Shown: positions 29,071 through 41,466 of the stretch, piece after piece
Layout of the letters: every line of letters starts with the position of its first letter
Numbering within the stretch: position 1 is the first letter of the stretch
NCBI GenBank assembly: GCA_951406725.2
Contig: OX597815.1
Location: 83,018,001-83,082,000, forward strand
DNA: 64,000 nucleotides
Source: Octopus vulgaris
Taxonomy: Eukaryota
Direction: 5' to 3'
The notes under the pieces: generated by a model
Seen by the model: only the letters and a program-made list of their open reading frames with translations
Told to the model about the DNA's origin: nothing
Database searches by the model: none
Position numbers and translations under genes: made by a program

Positions 29071-29909
29071 GTAAAAAGTGAAAAAACTACAGAAGGCTTA
29101 AAGGTTAAAAAATATATATATTTGCGTCAATATGTCTGAAGAATATTAAAAAATTTTTTTGCCTCACAATGACATAGTTTAGAAGAAAGACCGGTTTCGC
29201 GTTTAACTTTTCAAATTTCTTACGACGTTATGTTTATGTTGAGTTATCGTTATGTTTATGTTTAAAAGAGTTCTAAATAAGGGGAGGTAATGAGTGATTT
29301 CTTCCGGTGTAAGGGAGATAATCGCTTAAATTTTTTTTCCTTTCCCTTGGTGTGAATTTCTCTGTATCAGTATGATGGCATGGTTAAGTCTGGGCTTGTA
29401 CTTTTCAATGAAGAATGTTTCCTTGTTTAGTCTAATTTGTGTTGATGATCCGATAGCACATTGGTAAAATGGAAAGATTAAAAATTGTGGTAGTAGTTGC
29501 TTTACGCATTTCTCTATGTGCTCACTAAAAGGTATCATTCTGTATTCTGGGAATGCAATCTGTTGTCGAAGCAGTGTGCATCTACGTCTGAGTTATAGTC
29601 CCGTGGATACCACGTACTCTTGGTGGCAGCCCGAGCATTTTATGACATAAATTATGTTTTCAGAGGCTAGAAGGATCAGAATTCCTCTTTAGAGAGGGAC
29701 AGAAATTCAAGATCAAATCTAACTTTACTTGTGCCTCTGAAACCGGTCTTTCTTCTAAACTATGTCATTGTAAGGCAAAAATTTTTTTTAATATTCTTCA
29801 GACATATTGACGCAAATATATATATTTTTTAACCTTTAAGCCTCCTGTAGTTTTTTCACTTTTTACTATTTTCTATATATTCAACCACGTGCTTTCACAA
29901 ACCAACTTT

Positions 29910-29912
<3 letters not shown>
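29065..29912 (-). mobile_element. Penelope-like element fragment: GIY-YIG endonuclease plus pLTR, with inverted 5' part
   Basis: Minus strand 29666-29326 gives ASENIIYVIKCSGCHQEYVVSTG..LRRR...MIPFSEHIEKC...KETFFIEKYKPRLN. Inverted repeat 29065-29198/29739-29872; flanked by (TA)n. Confidence 0.9.
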
Positions 29913-29981
<69 letters not shown>

Positions 29982-30064
29982 TAAGGGTAGAAATTGATAT
30001 TTATCAATTAAGACCAGTGGTCTAGCATATTAAAAAAGAATCCGAAGATTAAAATATTTATATA

Positions 30065-30265
30065 TACCAATTAAGGACTGAACACGAAAAGTGGACAGTC
30101 AACATGCTAGATATAGACGTCAAATCGCCATTCACCACAAAAGATTATGTTCTCAGATCAAACTTTGAGTTTGATCTGAGAACATAATCTTTTGTGGTGA
30201 ATGGCGATTTGACGTCTATATCTAGCATGTTGACTGTCCACTTTTCGTGTTCAGTCCTTAATTGG

Positions 30266-30267
<2 letters not shown>
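30065..30267. repeat. Perfect palindrome, 100 bp arms, 3 nt loop
   Basis: 30065-30164 is the exact reverse complement of 30168-30267; loop is ttg. Confidence 0.97.
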
Positions 30268-30322
<55 letters not shown>

Positions 30323-30325
<3 letters not shown>

Positions 30326-30511
30326 TATTATTTGAGGGAATAAAATCCAAACTTGCGTTTTTGTACCTATTATATACGTTTTTATTATTATTTTCGCAAT
30401 TCTCTTATTCTTTACATTTTGTTATTTTAATTTTAACATTTCTATTATATGTAATTTTCTAGATGGTGTAATTTAATTGTTCATTTTGAATTGATAAAAA
30501 GTGTATTTTTC

Positions 30512-30520
<9 letters not shown>
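30323..30520. mobile_element. Second copy of the 10819-11279 repeat family
   Basis: atttgagggaata..tccaaactt and atttctattatatgtaattttctagatggtg are shared. Confidence 0.75.
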
Positions 30521-30601
<81 letters not shown>

Positions 30602-30967
30602 GTATATATGTACATATATTAATATATATATATATGTGTGTGTATTAATAGTTATCGCCAGGCTAACATGGCAGTCCAGAAAAATAGGACGAATGCTGCC
30701 GTTGATTATGCTCCAAGAGGCCACCGCCTCTGGCTAACTATGTGACACACACACCTGTGTCCATTATAACCTTCGAACAGGGGAGCGATGTGCTGAGCGA
30801 CTGTTCGAATGATTATTTACCTAAATTCAGTGGAATATATCCACTGGTTTTCAAACATAGAGATATCGTTATTTCTAATTCTCTCTAAACGAGAGAATTA
30901 GAAATTCCTTCGAACAGTCGGCCTGCTGTGATGCCTACTGGGTTGGGCTACTCCACATTGATAAGAG

Positions 30968-31291
30968 GCATACCCAGCTGACAACAAGGTATGCGATAAG
31001 GAAGAAAGAAAAGTCGATAGATATGACATGTTAGCTTGGGAAGTTAAGCAGTTGTGGTCGATGGAAAACGTGGTAGTAGTACTAATAATTGTCGGAGCCC
31101 TGGGAACAGTGATCAAAAATCTTGAGAAGTACATGGAACAAATAGGGACTGCAATAAGGGTGGAGCACTTTCAGAAAACAGCACTGCTTGGAACTGCTCG
31201 AATACCCCGGAAAGTCCTCGAAAAATAAGAGTCGTTACCTTAGTTCACTGACACCGTAGTACATCTCCAGCGTTAGAAGCTGTGCAAATGC
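30968..31291 (+). mobile_element. R4/Dong-clade LINE 3' fragment (family E)
   Basis: LAWEVKQLW...IIVGALG...QKTALLGTARI; same 3' end as 54080-54162; (TAA)n tail. Confidence 0.9.
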
Positions 31292-31335
31292 AATAATAAT
31301 AATAATAATAACAATAATAATAATAATAATAGTAA

Positions 31336-31800
31336 TATCTTTAACTGGTTAATTACTGAAATATGTAATCCTGAGAGGAAAATACGAAAGGTGTTGACAA
31401 TACATGGAATGCACCACACTAAGGCAGATATAGAACAACTTTACCTGCCAAGAAAAAAAGGTGGACGTGGACTTTTACAACTGGAATTAACAATGAATGT
31501 TACCACAATTGGCCTAAACACCTACCAGAAAAACTATGATGACTGGATGTTAAAACTTGTCTTAAAGCACGAAAGCAAGAAAACAACATAGTAACAAAAC
31601 AGGCAAAGAACTAAGTGAATTTCAAATCCAATCTCCAGAATTAGACATATAGGAAACATGCAAAGAAAAAGCTAAGCGTATGAAACTCGTGCTAAAAGTG
31701 CTACCTTAGATATTCTTACTGATAAATGGCAAGAAAATATCTCAATGGCAAAGAAAGCTAATAATGCCGATGTCGACAAAGCTCTTACACGTCAATGGTA
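31336..31800 (+). mobile_element. R4/Dong-clade LINE internal fragment (family G)
   Basis: RKVLTIHGMHHTKADIEQLYLPRKKGGRGLLQL (post-RT motif); starts directly after (TAA)n. Confidence 0.85.
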
Positions 31801-32219
31801 AGTGTCTCTTTTTTTGGTGTTCTTTTCCTGTTTGAGATTTTCTTAACAAAATTATCAGTTTTAATGACGGCGGTCTTCTTCACATGTTTCAACAATGGTT
31901 CCGCTCTAAACTGTTTTCCTCTGCTACGTTACAATTCTAGCAGATGACGGGAAAACGAACGACACAATACGATGCAGTATTTCGTTATGTCCATGTACAT
32001 TCTGAGGTGAAAACACCCTGGGATCAGATATGCCTTTTTACCATCTGCGGGCAATGAGTAGATATTAGCCATGTACTATGAAGTATTTAATTTACACCCC
32101 AACTTCCGAACAATTTATGGCTTTGTTCCTATGTTAGAAATCAACATCACACACACACATACACACACACACACACAAACAAACAAACACACACACATAC
32201 ACACACACACACACACAAA

Positions 32220-32272
<53 letters not shown>

Positions 32273-32280
32273 TTAATTAT

Positions 32281-32769
32281 TTCAAAATGTGACCGCATGT
32301 GTACCGTTGGCGATTTTTTTCCTGTATTCCCTTCTCTGGATCTTTCCTTCTCCTATGTTTCCGACGAAGAGCTCCGCTCGAAACGTTGAACCCTCCTTCT
32401 TTCCTTCTTTCCTGAGCGTCCTATATACTATATTTGCTCCACAACCTCGCGTGGTTGTGCTTTCTTGTTGTGCTTTCCTTCTTTCCTGAGCGTCCAATAA
32501 TACTATATTTGTTCCACGTCCTCGCATTGTTGTGTTTTTTTTTGTGCTTTCTTGTTTGGATTAACATTTCAAAATGTGACCGCGTGTGTACCGTTGGCGA
32601 TTTTTTATTCCTCTGTCTTCCCTTCTCTGGATCTTTCATTCTCCTATGTTTCCGACGAAGAGCTCCGCTCGAAACGTTATACCTATCTTTCCTTCTTTCC
32701 TGAGCGTCCTATATACTATATTTGCTCCACAACTTCGCGTGGTTGTGCTTTCTTGTTTGGATTAACTTT
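32281..32769 (+). mobile_element. Tandem ~290 bp Penelope-type pLTR units, each with a minimal hammerhead motif
   Basis: Units start at 32281 and 32568; each contains gttt-CCGACGA-a-gagc-tcc-gctc-GAAACGTT. Confidence 0.75.
32357..32391 (+). ncRNA. Minimal type I hammerhead ribozyme-like motif (second copy 32648-32682)
   Basis: Stem I gttt/gaac, core CCGACGA (U4>C versus CUGANGA), stem II GAGC/GCTC, GAA plus palindromic ACGT stem III. Confidence 0.6.
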
Positions 32770-32810
32770 ATATATTTAATTATTTGTTTATTCATTTATG
32801 TATTTAGTGT

Positions 32811-32891
<81 letters not shown>

Positions 32892-34456
32892 TTAACATAA
32901 ATTAGCAGTACCTAATTGATCCGGCCACGCTATAACAATACTTATTATTGACCAATGTTGTCCTTACCTTGTTGATGCTATTGTTCTTTTCTTACACTTG
33001 AATTTTATTTGTATTGCTTTATTTATTTGTTTTTCTTTTCGTTGTTCAATGTGCACAAAGCTTTACAATACATTAGCGCGAGCGTTATACGCTGAAGAAT
33101 CGGCTCTTTTTGTCATAACATTTGAATATATAATCCAATAGATTTATTATCCACAATGGACTTATTATTGTTCTTTTTGTTTGTTCTCTCTTTTTAATCA
33201 CTGTTACTTTCTTTACACAAATATGTGGCGGATACGTATCAGAAATAAGGGTTAAATGAAACCACGATGTAATTTCGTTGTATAATCGATCCAAGTCTCA
33301 CACATAGTTGTAGGAAATATTAAATTAGACCCTTCGATTTAGGAATAATATTGTATTATGTTCTTCTGCTGGGTTCACTTTTTGTTGTAAGGAGTAACTT
33401 ATCAAGCATTTATCAAAATAATTGTCTACTAGTACAAAATACACAAAAGCATACAAAAGTCAGACGAAATATTTATCTTGCTTACTGTTGGCTTCCCAAA
33501 TGAAATAATGATAATTTGTCGTAGATTCAGTAGTTCCAATTACTTAATATAACTATTTCTTTAGAACGGTCAGAAAGTGATAATTCCAAGAGACAAGTCC
33601 AATAATGAAACGAACGGAAATAAAATTTCTGCTGGTTCGATAATTTAGGACATGATGACGGATTATACTTGTACATAAATATAGTAATTCTTTCGGAACA
33701 TTCATGTAACCATGAATCTAATTTTCTACCGTTAAGAAGTGTAGAAAAATATATTTCGAAGGATGGTTAGCTAGTCTCTCGCAGGTAAGTTTTCAAATAG
33801 TTTAACGAGCTTGGACTTGCAGAATTTATGACTTAATATCAAAATGAAGACAAAGTAATTCAGTTATGTTTAACTTCCCTGTTGTTTCATCAAGCGTCTC
33901 CATACTGTATTTACTTTTATATCTGTCACAAAATATTTACTGAAGATTACTGACTATTTGAGATTGCATCTCTACAACAAAAAGCAGTTAAATGAGAAAA
34001 TACGATGTTCGTACCGATCAAGGGAGATGTAGTGATGCCATTTACCTGAAATGGCTCTAAACAGAAGATAAGATCGATGTGTCCAGATAACTGTAAAGAT
34101 AAATATTTTACTGTTAATGGGGTACTTAGACTCCAGTTTTAAAGTACAAATTTAGGAACTAACATTCATTCTTTTGTCAAGAAAATCGTTTTGAAGAGAA
34201 ATCAAATTCTTATATAAAAATGTAATGGGCGGTGTTAAATCAGGTCTTTTGTTTCGATTTGCTGGTATGATGTTGTAGTTTCGAGTTATGAGCATGATGC
34301 TATCTTTGCGAGCTGGTAGTACAGATTCAGGTTTTATATTTTGCAGATTATGGTGTTACTTTATCATCTCAAAACTGAATCCTGTAAATTCAGGTTTCAG
34401 AATGATGTGAAACGAAATTTAATATTGTTCTAAACTAACTGTATAAAAAAAACTTC

Positions 34457-34581
34457 TACTACTACTACTGCTGCTACTACCCCTACCACTACTACTACTA
34501 CTACCACCACCACCACCACCACCACCACCACCACCACCACCACCACTACTACTACTGCTACTACTGCTGCTACTGCTGCTG

Positions 34582-34662
<81 letters not shown>
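34457..34662. repeat. (CTA)n/(CCA)n/(CTG)n compound microsatellite
   Basis: Directly visible. Confidence 0.95.
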
Positions 34663-34669
34663 TTATTAT

Positions 34670-35068
34670 TCTTTTACTCTTTTATTTGACTGGACCATAT
34701 TGGATCAGCGCTTTTAGTCGAGCAAATCGACCCTAGGACTTACTCTTCCCACTGTGTGATTCCTTGTGCAAGTGTCTTCAACCATAGCCTCGTACCGACA
34801 AAAGACGTGAGTTTATTTGGTGAATAGAAACCGAAAGACATTCGCTGTGTGGTGTATGTGTGTGAGCGTGTATATGTGTACGTATGTGTGTGCGTCTGCG
34901 CGCCCGCGTGTGTGTGCGTGCGTGTGCATCTGTGTTCGTGTCTGCGTGTTTTCGATTGAGAACCAGTATTGGTGTTTTAAAGTCCTGAATTTAGCTAAAA
35001 ACTGATAGAATAAGCTTCTCGAAGGCGGTGCCACAGTCCGATGAGTGAAACAGCTAAAAGATATATAA
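34670..35068. mobile_element. SINE family 2 pieces (3' tail on minus at 34670-34745, then a plus-strand copy)
   Basis: tttagtcgagcaaatcgaccctaggactta is the rc of 49172-49201; cccactg...caagtgtctt follows on the plus strand. Confidence 0.65.
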
Positions 35069-35090
35069 AAGATATATATACATACATACA

Positions 35091-35153
<63 letters not shown>

Positions 35154-35211
35154 TTATATGCATGTATATATATATGTATATATATATGCATACATATATA
35201 TATATATATGT

Positions 35212-35261
<50 letters not shown>

Positions 35262-36592
35262 TTACATACATACATATAAACATACCCGTACACACATATA
35301 ACTATACCACACACACATACGTATGTATATACATGTATGCACATCTATACACAGAGAAATAGAGAGAGAGACAGACAGACAGAGAGTCAGTGAGAGAGGG
35401 AGAGAAAGTGTGTGCGCTTGTGTGTGTGTAAAACTTACATATTTGAACGTGTATGTATGTATGTATATAGTCTTGAATCGAATATATATCATGTTGTAAT
35501 GGCTATTACTATGTCGGCAGAGAAATATGTAAATTACCAAAGCTTTTAATAAGCATTTGTTGTGAAGAGAGGAAGATGTAAAAATCGATGCTAATAGGGT
35601 CAAATGTCTCGGACATGTTTGTCCCGCATCGAACGTTGTTTCTATAACACAGGACATTATTAATTTTCTTTCTTCATTTCCTTATCTGTTGTAACAAGCG
35701 AATTTCTACGCTAAGGTGTTTATCAGCACATGTATTATTCATTCTAACTTTCTGTCCTGGAACATTAATGTTGCATGCACTGATAATTACATTTCCTCAT
35801 TTTCTACAATGTCAGCTAATGTTCTAAAATAGGGTGGGTAAGTGTCTTCACATATTTGGGTGGATTTGCACACGTCCTTTACCACATTTCCATTCATGTA
35901 ATACCTTAATCGTTCCGTTTTCGCTTTTGCTTTCGTCATCGACCAACTGGATGACATCAAAGCAAGAGACGAAAAGAAAAAAAAGAGAAAAATTTTAAAA
36001 AAATAACAAACAAAAGAAAAGTGGGAGAAGAGAATCATAAATATTATGCAAATAATTATCTCGCCTCTTACCCAAAATAATATGAATCTGAATGCGTGTA
36101 TATACATATGCATACATATGTATGTATATATGCATACGTAAATACATACACCCACACACCCACATATATATATATATAAATATATACATATGCATTATCC
36201 AATAATTCACACACATAGGGACACACAAGCATTATAGAGACACGGACACATGTACAGATACACGCGCAAAACCCACCCACACACATAAGGATGCCTAGGA
36301 GTGTGTGTAATACTATTGTGAAGAGAGAGAAAATAATCAATTGCAGTACGCCTGATGCCTTTGTTCAACATTTTATTTGTTTTTGTTGGTGTGGTTTGAT
36401 ATAGTTATTGTTGCTGATCATGATGTCCTTCTTGATGGTTGTTATTGCCATTATTGATGTTTCTTGCCTTTGCTTTTATTATTTTCATCATATTTGTTTT
36501 CGTATCTGTTTTTTTTTAACACACACATTCATTGAGATATGTATACATACATGCATACATACATATATGTGTTTGTGTGTTTGTGTACGTAA

Positions 36593-36797
<205 letters not shown>

Positions 36798-37159
36798 TTA
36801 TATTTCATTTTTGCTAATGTTCTATTTATTGCCGTTTTTGATTATATAATTTGTTTGCTTTATCCAGTGATTTTTTTCAGATATAATTTTATAGGGGTTG
36901 ATGGATCTAATGCAGCAGTTTCGATTGATTTTGTTATAACTGTTATCATTGTCATTGTTGCTGTCAATGTTGTGGCTGTTGTTGTGAATCACATTTCGCC
37001 TGTAGTTTTTTTAAGTGCGATTATTGTGTAATAGTGGCCTGCTGCAGGAAAAGTGTGGAGTACTCTAAAGAGGGAAGTACTCCATATAGCTCCACATAAC
37101 GATTGAAATAGTTTCACTTTATCCGATACTCTTTTTTGAGAGAATATATATAAATGTGT

Positions 37160-37215
<56 letters not shown>

Positions 37216-37276
37216 ATATATATATATATATGTATGTATATATATATATATATGTATATATCTATATATATATAAT

Positions 37277-37344
<68 letters not shown>

Positions 37345-37417
37345 TATATGCACACACATACATATTATAAGTAGGCACAACAAATATTGTTTCGGGTAAT
37401 CTTAGTTATTTATTTTT

Positions 37418-37822
37418 CCTCTAGTTTCAGCTCAGAGCTGTGGCCATGCTGATGCACAGCCGTTTTGCTACACTGTTATTACTAAGACCCTCCTCTAATA
37501 TGTGGCACTTGGTGAAGCATGGAATTTGATATAGCTACTCTCATTTCCACCTCTTGCCGTGAGGTAGGTTCATCTGGGACTCTCGACAGGAAGAGGTCCA
37601 GCTTTGATTTCAAAACCCCTACATCTAATTTGTGCAAGTTCCTCAGACTCTTTGGGAGAATATTAAAAAGCTTTGAGCACTTGAAACCCAGGCTGTTGGA
37701 GTAACTGGTCCTGAAGCGTGATGGCATTGCTGGGAACTTTGGCATTATGCAGTGTCGTCCCGTTTTAGCATTGGTGTAGCTTTCAATGCCAACATTTGGT
37801 ACAATTCCTTCGAGCAAATATA
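37418..37822 (-). mobile_element. CR1/L2-group LINE 3' fragment
   Basis: ORF 37482-37832: LEGIVPN...TGRHC...KLFNILPKSLRN...KSKLDLFLSRVPDEP...SNS, a typical C-terminus of CR1/L2-type ORF2, followed by a short 3'UTR. Confidence 0.8.
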
Positions 37823-38010
37823 ATGTTACCACTGATGAATACTACAACATCACAATTTCCTAATATATCTTTGTTTTCTTGACCATTATAAGCGACATTG
37901 GCGAAAGTAATAACTTGCCTTTTAGTATATCTCCAAATACAATTTCAGCTAAACGTTAATCCTTCTAACGTAGTTTCTTATTTTTTCAGTAATATTTTCA
38001 TTATTGTAAA

Positions 38011-38201
38011 AGCTGCGAGCTGGCAGAATCGTTAGTGCGCTGGGCAAAATGCTTAGCGACATTCCGTCTGTATATAAGTTCTGAATTCAAATTCAGCTGA
38101 AGTCGACTTGGCATTTCATCATTTGTGGGTCGATGAAATAAAGTACCAGTTGAACACTAGGGTCGACGCAAATTTCTAGACGTGTTCCAAAATCTGAAAC
38201 C
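38011..38201 (+). mobile_element. SINE family 1
   Basis: gcgagctggcagaatcgttag...gaattcaaattc...gggtcgatgaaataaagtaccag. Confidence 0.85.
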
Positions 38202-38658
38202 AATATTTCTATCTTTCTTTTTCACAAAAAGTTTACTTTCTTCCTATTTATTCTTCCTTTAGAAGTTTGGTTTTCAGCTTATGTAAAAAAACAACCATTG
38301 CTATTAAAATTGGTTACCACAATTGGTTATTACTCCTTTATGCCATTATATTTAGAATATACATGTAGATACATCTTCCAATTCCACCTGCTCCAGGTAC
38401 TCATCATCATCATCATCATAATTATGTGCATTACACTTCGGAAGTATTTTCCGAAGCGTTTCATATGCAGTCTTTGCTATGTTGTGTATAAACACCAGGT
38501 ATGATCATAACAATTATATATCCGCTGTATCGGGAATCTGCAATAGCTCCATAACTACCGTCTCGGCTAAAACCTTGGGGACCTAGTAGCCGTCACAGGA
38601 CTTACCCAGCGTGCCTAATCGTTTAGATCAACTGCGAACTAAACCCCCATAGTTTGTT

Positions 38659-38776
<118 letters not shown>

Positions 38777-39330
38777 CATGCATACAAAGTGAGAGAGAGA
38801 GAGAGAGAGATGGGAGGCAGTCAGAATTTCAGATAATTCTTTATTAGCGCTTTCGTTCGTTAACCGAACGCTTCATGACAAAAATTAAAACGAAGCAAGA
38901 ATTATGCAAATTCCGACTGCCTCCTTTTTCTCAATATACGATATCTGTATACCACTGCAAACACACACACACACACACACGCTCTCTCTCCCTCTATATA
39001 TATTGTTTCAAAAGACAATATATAAAGCCAAGATGAGCTCAGATGTATCACAGCTGACAACTTAGCTGGTCGAAAGTTAAAAGTTAGTGCCAATTCCAGT
39101 GCTATCTTTGTTATACATGAATATATGCATAAACATACACACGCACACTCACGCACACACACAACACACTCACACATATATGTATAAATGCATGTGTGTA
39201 CGTGTGTGTGTGTGTATGTGCGTGTATCTGTTTATGAGTTAGAATAAGAACAGTAATAAACGAGTGAAGAGCGAATATATAGTGCATGTGTTTCTTTGGC
39301 AAACAAATGACCGTCCTGAAATACAACAAT

Positions 39331-39849
39331 ATATATATGAAAGAAGGTTTGAAAATGCAAGTTTAAAGATGGTTATTCACTTGACCGGTTTCACTTTTTT
39401 AGAAAGAGATTGTCAAAAGCTTTGTAGAAAATTTGCTGTGTTAAGTACTGGTTGTCACGAAAGTATTAAAACGCATATATACATTCTTTGATGAGAAGAA
39501 GAAAATGTTAAAAACAGTTTACAAGAAAGTGTTTAAGAAAATATTCAACAAAAACTATTAGGAGTTCAATAGAAATCATGTTTGTTTGGTAGTATATATA
39601 TACACAGAAGGAGGTGTATTCAAGGGTTTACAAAGACTTCGAGAGGAACCAACGTGTCATATGTCTTATTATTATTATTAAAGAATGTACATATGTATTT
39701 TAATACTTTTGTGACAACCAGTACTTAACACAACAAAGCTTATACAAAGCTTTACATTTTACTTTTGACAATCTTTTTCTAAAAAAGTGAAACCGGTCAA
39801 GTGGAAAACATCTTTAAAATTGCACTTTCAATACTTCTTTCATATATAT
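39331..39849. mobile_element. Penelope-like pLTR in inverted arrangement (~175 bp arms) with degenerate hammerhead
   Basis: 39331-39507 and 39658-39849 are reverse complements; both carry the GAAACCGGTC motif. Confidence 0.7.
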
Positions 39850-39857
39850 TTCCACAT

Positions 39858-39888
<31 letters not shown>

Positions 39889-40894
39889 GATACATGTATA
39901 TGTATACACAGGCATATACATATATATGCACACAAGCATATGCATATTACCTCCTACATACCTGTGTGTCTGAGTGTTTGTGTGTTTGTGTGCCGCGCGA
40001 TTTTGTGGTGACTATTTTTTGTATATTGTGTGTGTTTATGATATGGCCTAATTTTAAGGCAGTAACACACTATGTACATTAAATAAAGGCTTTCATGAGA
40101 TAGATGATTGTTCTTAATGCTGTTGGTGATGAAGATGAGAAAGATGATCATGACGATAACCATGACGATCATTAGGATCATGATCATGATCATGATAGGC
40201 GATGGTGTCGACGGAGATTGTGGTAGTGGAGCTGGCTGTTACGATGTTTTTGAAAATATCTTTGTTGCTGATGACGATGATGCTGGTAGTGATGTTGATA
40301 GATTCGATTGAGCCTGGTGTTCTAGGGGTTACTGATTCTAATGATGAGGGTGTTGCTATTAGTTGTGGCGGTGTTGGTGTTCATGTTTATTGTCGTGTTT
40401 TCCGGAGACGATGAAAATGTAGTGGTAGCATTCGTGCATTGTTGGCGCTGGTAGCAGTGGTGATAATAAAGGACATTAGCGTGATAGAGTCATTTCGTTT
40501 TTGTTATAAGGCGGGTTTCTGCTTTGAACTGTCGGTGACTGAGATGGATATAAAAAGACTGTGATAATGGTAGCTTCTTTTTTTGCTGGTTTTTTTCTCT
40601 CTTTCGTACTACATAGTGTAAGAAAACTGATTACGACCACAATGGTGCTAATAAAACAGTCTGTGCTCGTATTAGAACCAGTTATCTAGTAAACGTGCAC
40701 TAGGTTTGTAGTATTGCAAGAGCGTCTGTTAAGATAGATTATTCTCTCTTCTGTTCAGATTTATCTGATAATTAAAATCGCACCGATGTTCATTCATCCC
40801 TTCCATTTCTCCACAGCCGATCGAAAAAGTGCCATTAAAGTACTTTGGCCATTTTAATTAACTGACTCTTACCTAAAATTTTAGCCCCTGCAAC

Positions 40895-40986
<92 letters not shown>

Positions 40987-40999
40987 TATTTTCTTTTTT

Positions 41000-41466
41000 A
41001 GTGAGAGAGCAGTGTATGCAATCAAAGTGACACGGGTAAAATATACGAAACACAGTATACTCATCATGACTACCCGTCTGATAAGGCTATACCAGGCACA
41101 TGCATCACAACCATGTGTGCGTGATATGGTAATCTCATATCAAGATAAACAGCGCATGAACTTGGAAATGGGGACCAGTTAGAATTTTCTTCAATTCGAG
41201 TAGCCCATGCCATTCAAAAGGTCCCTATATAAGGGTTGTTTAAGGATGTGAACTGAAACACCCATGTTTCCAAAGGTGAATTATCCACACCCCAAAGAAT
41301 TACTTTAAGCCCATGGCTATGATGCTCCCCAGCTACTCCCGCTCGTTATCAGAGATGCATATATCGTCAGCCACTAAGGTGAACTGGTTACGGTCAAACA
41401 ACTCAGAAGCAAATCTATGTTATTGAGCAGAATATTTGCTGTAGCCCATCTTCTATACCAAGACAA
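41000..41466 (-). mobile_element. Element X on the minus strand
   Basis: Reverse complement of 57088-57563; its tail is the adjacent (TTA)n/(TCA)n run at 40896-40990. Confidence 0.9.

Noticed and set aside
33300-34430. Complex AT-rich block resembling the 7-9 kb arms in style (also 61720-62420)
   Set aside because: I could not align it to the arms or find a frame.
40100-40460. Asp/Gly/Val-rich ORFs
   Set aside because: Decayed (GAT/GGT/GTT)n repeats.
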